This document shows positions 62,943 to 64,000 of a DNA stretch of 64,000 bases, piece after piece. The position numbers and the translations under genes were made by a program. Within the stretch, counting starts at the first letter, position 1, and every line of letters starts with the position of its first letter. The DNA is from Tubulanus polymorphus (Eukaryota; Animalia; Nemertea). Below the pieces are notes generated by a model. The model did not search any database. It saw only the letters and a program-made list of their open reading frames with translations, and had not been told where the DNA came from. The stretch is from positions 11,532,001 through 11,596,000 of the forward strand of contig NC_134025.1 in NCBI RefSeq assembly GCF_964204645.1, read 5' to 3'.

Positions 62943-64000
62943 TTAGCTGTACCGATAAGTTTTAGCAAAAGAAATTCAACTTAACAAAGGGATGCTTTAA
63001 TATGATGGCTAATAGATTTTTCCCACGCAGATGAGTTTGAATATAGAAATATAGACATTTTTGCAGAACTGTTACCTAAATAATGTGCCTTTAAATATTT
63101 GGCAAATAGACAAACTAATTTTCTAGTAGGCAGTATTCTGTTGGAGAATCTATCCGTTCAAAAACTTCAACAACGCCCAAAATTTATCGATGAAAAAACA
63201 TTTTCATGTGACATGAAGTTCTCAAAGTCAAAATGGTGAAAATTGAAAAGATATTCATGTTGACAAGTAGTCACATCCTATATTACAGTAAGACTAATAT
63301 CGGAGATAGATTAATTCATTCCAATTAGGAAGATTAATTTGAAATTTAATAACTGAATATTCAACATTGTACTGATTCGATTAACACTCATAACTGGCAC
63401 GTGTTGTTGGCTTATATAGTAGGGGTATCGATGTATTATTGATTATCATAGAACTTCGACGATCATCAAATATCCATCATAATCTCATTAAGCCAGTTGC
63501 TTATTATATTTCAATATCGATAAGAATTCTGAACGTTACTGGAAAAGCGTAACACCAGATGGCGTGACTGATAGTCGGTCTTATTGTATATTTCATAGCC
63601 TCCCACTGTGTACCATAGAAATGGTTGGAGTGTAAATAAAATCCTTACCCTTATGTTAGTCCAAATTGGTTAGTATTATTCAACTATGAACTGGATTTTC
63701 AGGCTCTAGAATCCAGAAATCATCTATCATACTTTCTACTTTGATAATTGACCTGGTATACTTAAGTTTGCATGATTTAAAAATTGAAATATTGGAGAAA
63801 TTCAGAATGGGAAAAATGCTGACAAACCTGGCCCAAGCACATGGGAGCATTGACACTGTAGGTCGACACTGTAGGTCTAGCATTAAGAAGCCTTGCAGGG
63901 TGGTTCAGGATCTTTCAAGTGAACATCCAAGTCAGTTATGTTGTTATGCTAGTTAATATATTGATTCATCTTCTGTAGATGAAAGCTTCAGAAAATCGAC

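Noticed and set aside
1-64000. CRISPR arrays, operons, rRNA or intact tRNA genes, autonomous transposase or RT ORFs
   Set aside because: None seen; the sequence is spliceosomal-intron eukaryotic DNA and its repeats are dispersed non-autonomous or truncated elements.

Overview
AT-rich, intron-containing animal genomic DNA. The retinoic acid receptor sequence points to a lophotrochozoan/spiralian invertebrate; the species cannot be fixed from sequence alone. Four genes were assembled by hand from splice sites and reading phase. (1) A retinoic acid receptor (RAR/NR1B) on +, 9 coding exons 12358-28588 (~493-502 aa), with a putative CpG-rich promoter and non-coding first exon near 1.7-2.8 kb. (2) A single-coding-exon ~1059-aa nuclear protein on - (36907-40086) whose C-terminal coiled coil resembles LRIF1. 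(3) POLR1C/RPAC1 on +, 11 exons 42092-46914 (345 aa), with one GC-AG intron. (4) The 3' part of PTK7/off-track on - (10 exons, 53725-59369, 5' end not found). Introns contain many short non-autonomous DNA transposons plus L2, RTE and SINE fragments. Best candidate for an undescribed system: an RAR locus carrying perfect DR2 and DR5 retinoic-acid response elements at its own putative promoter, with an altered ligand pocket, lying tail-to-tail with an LRIF1-like candidate corepressor and sharing facing poly(A) signals with it. All homology calls are from recalled sequences and need alignment; repeat boundaries are approximate unless a TSD is quoted.
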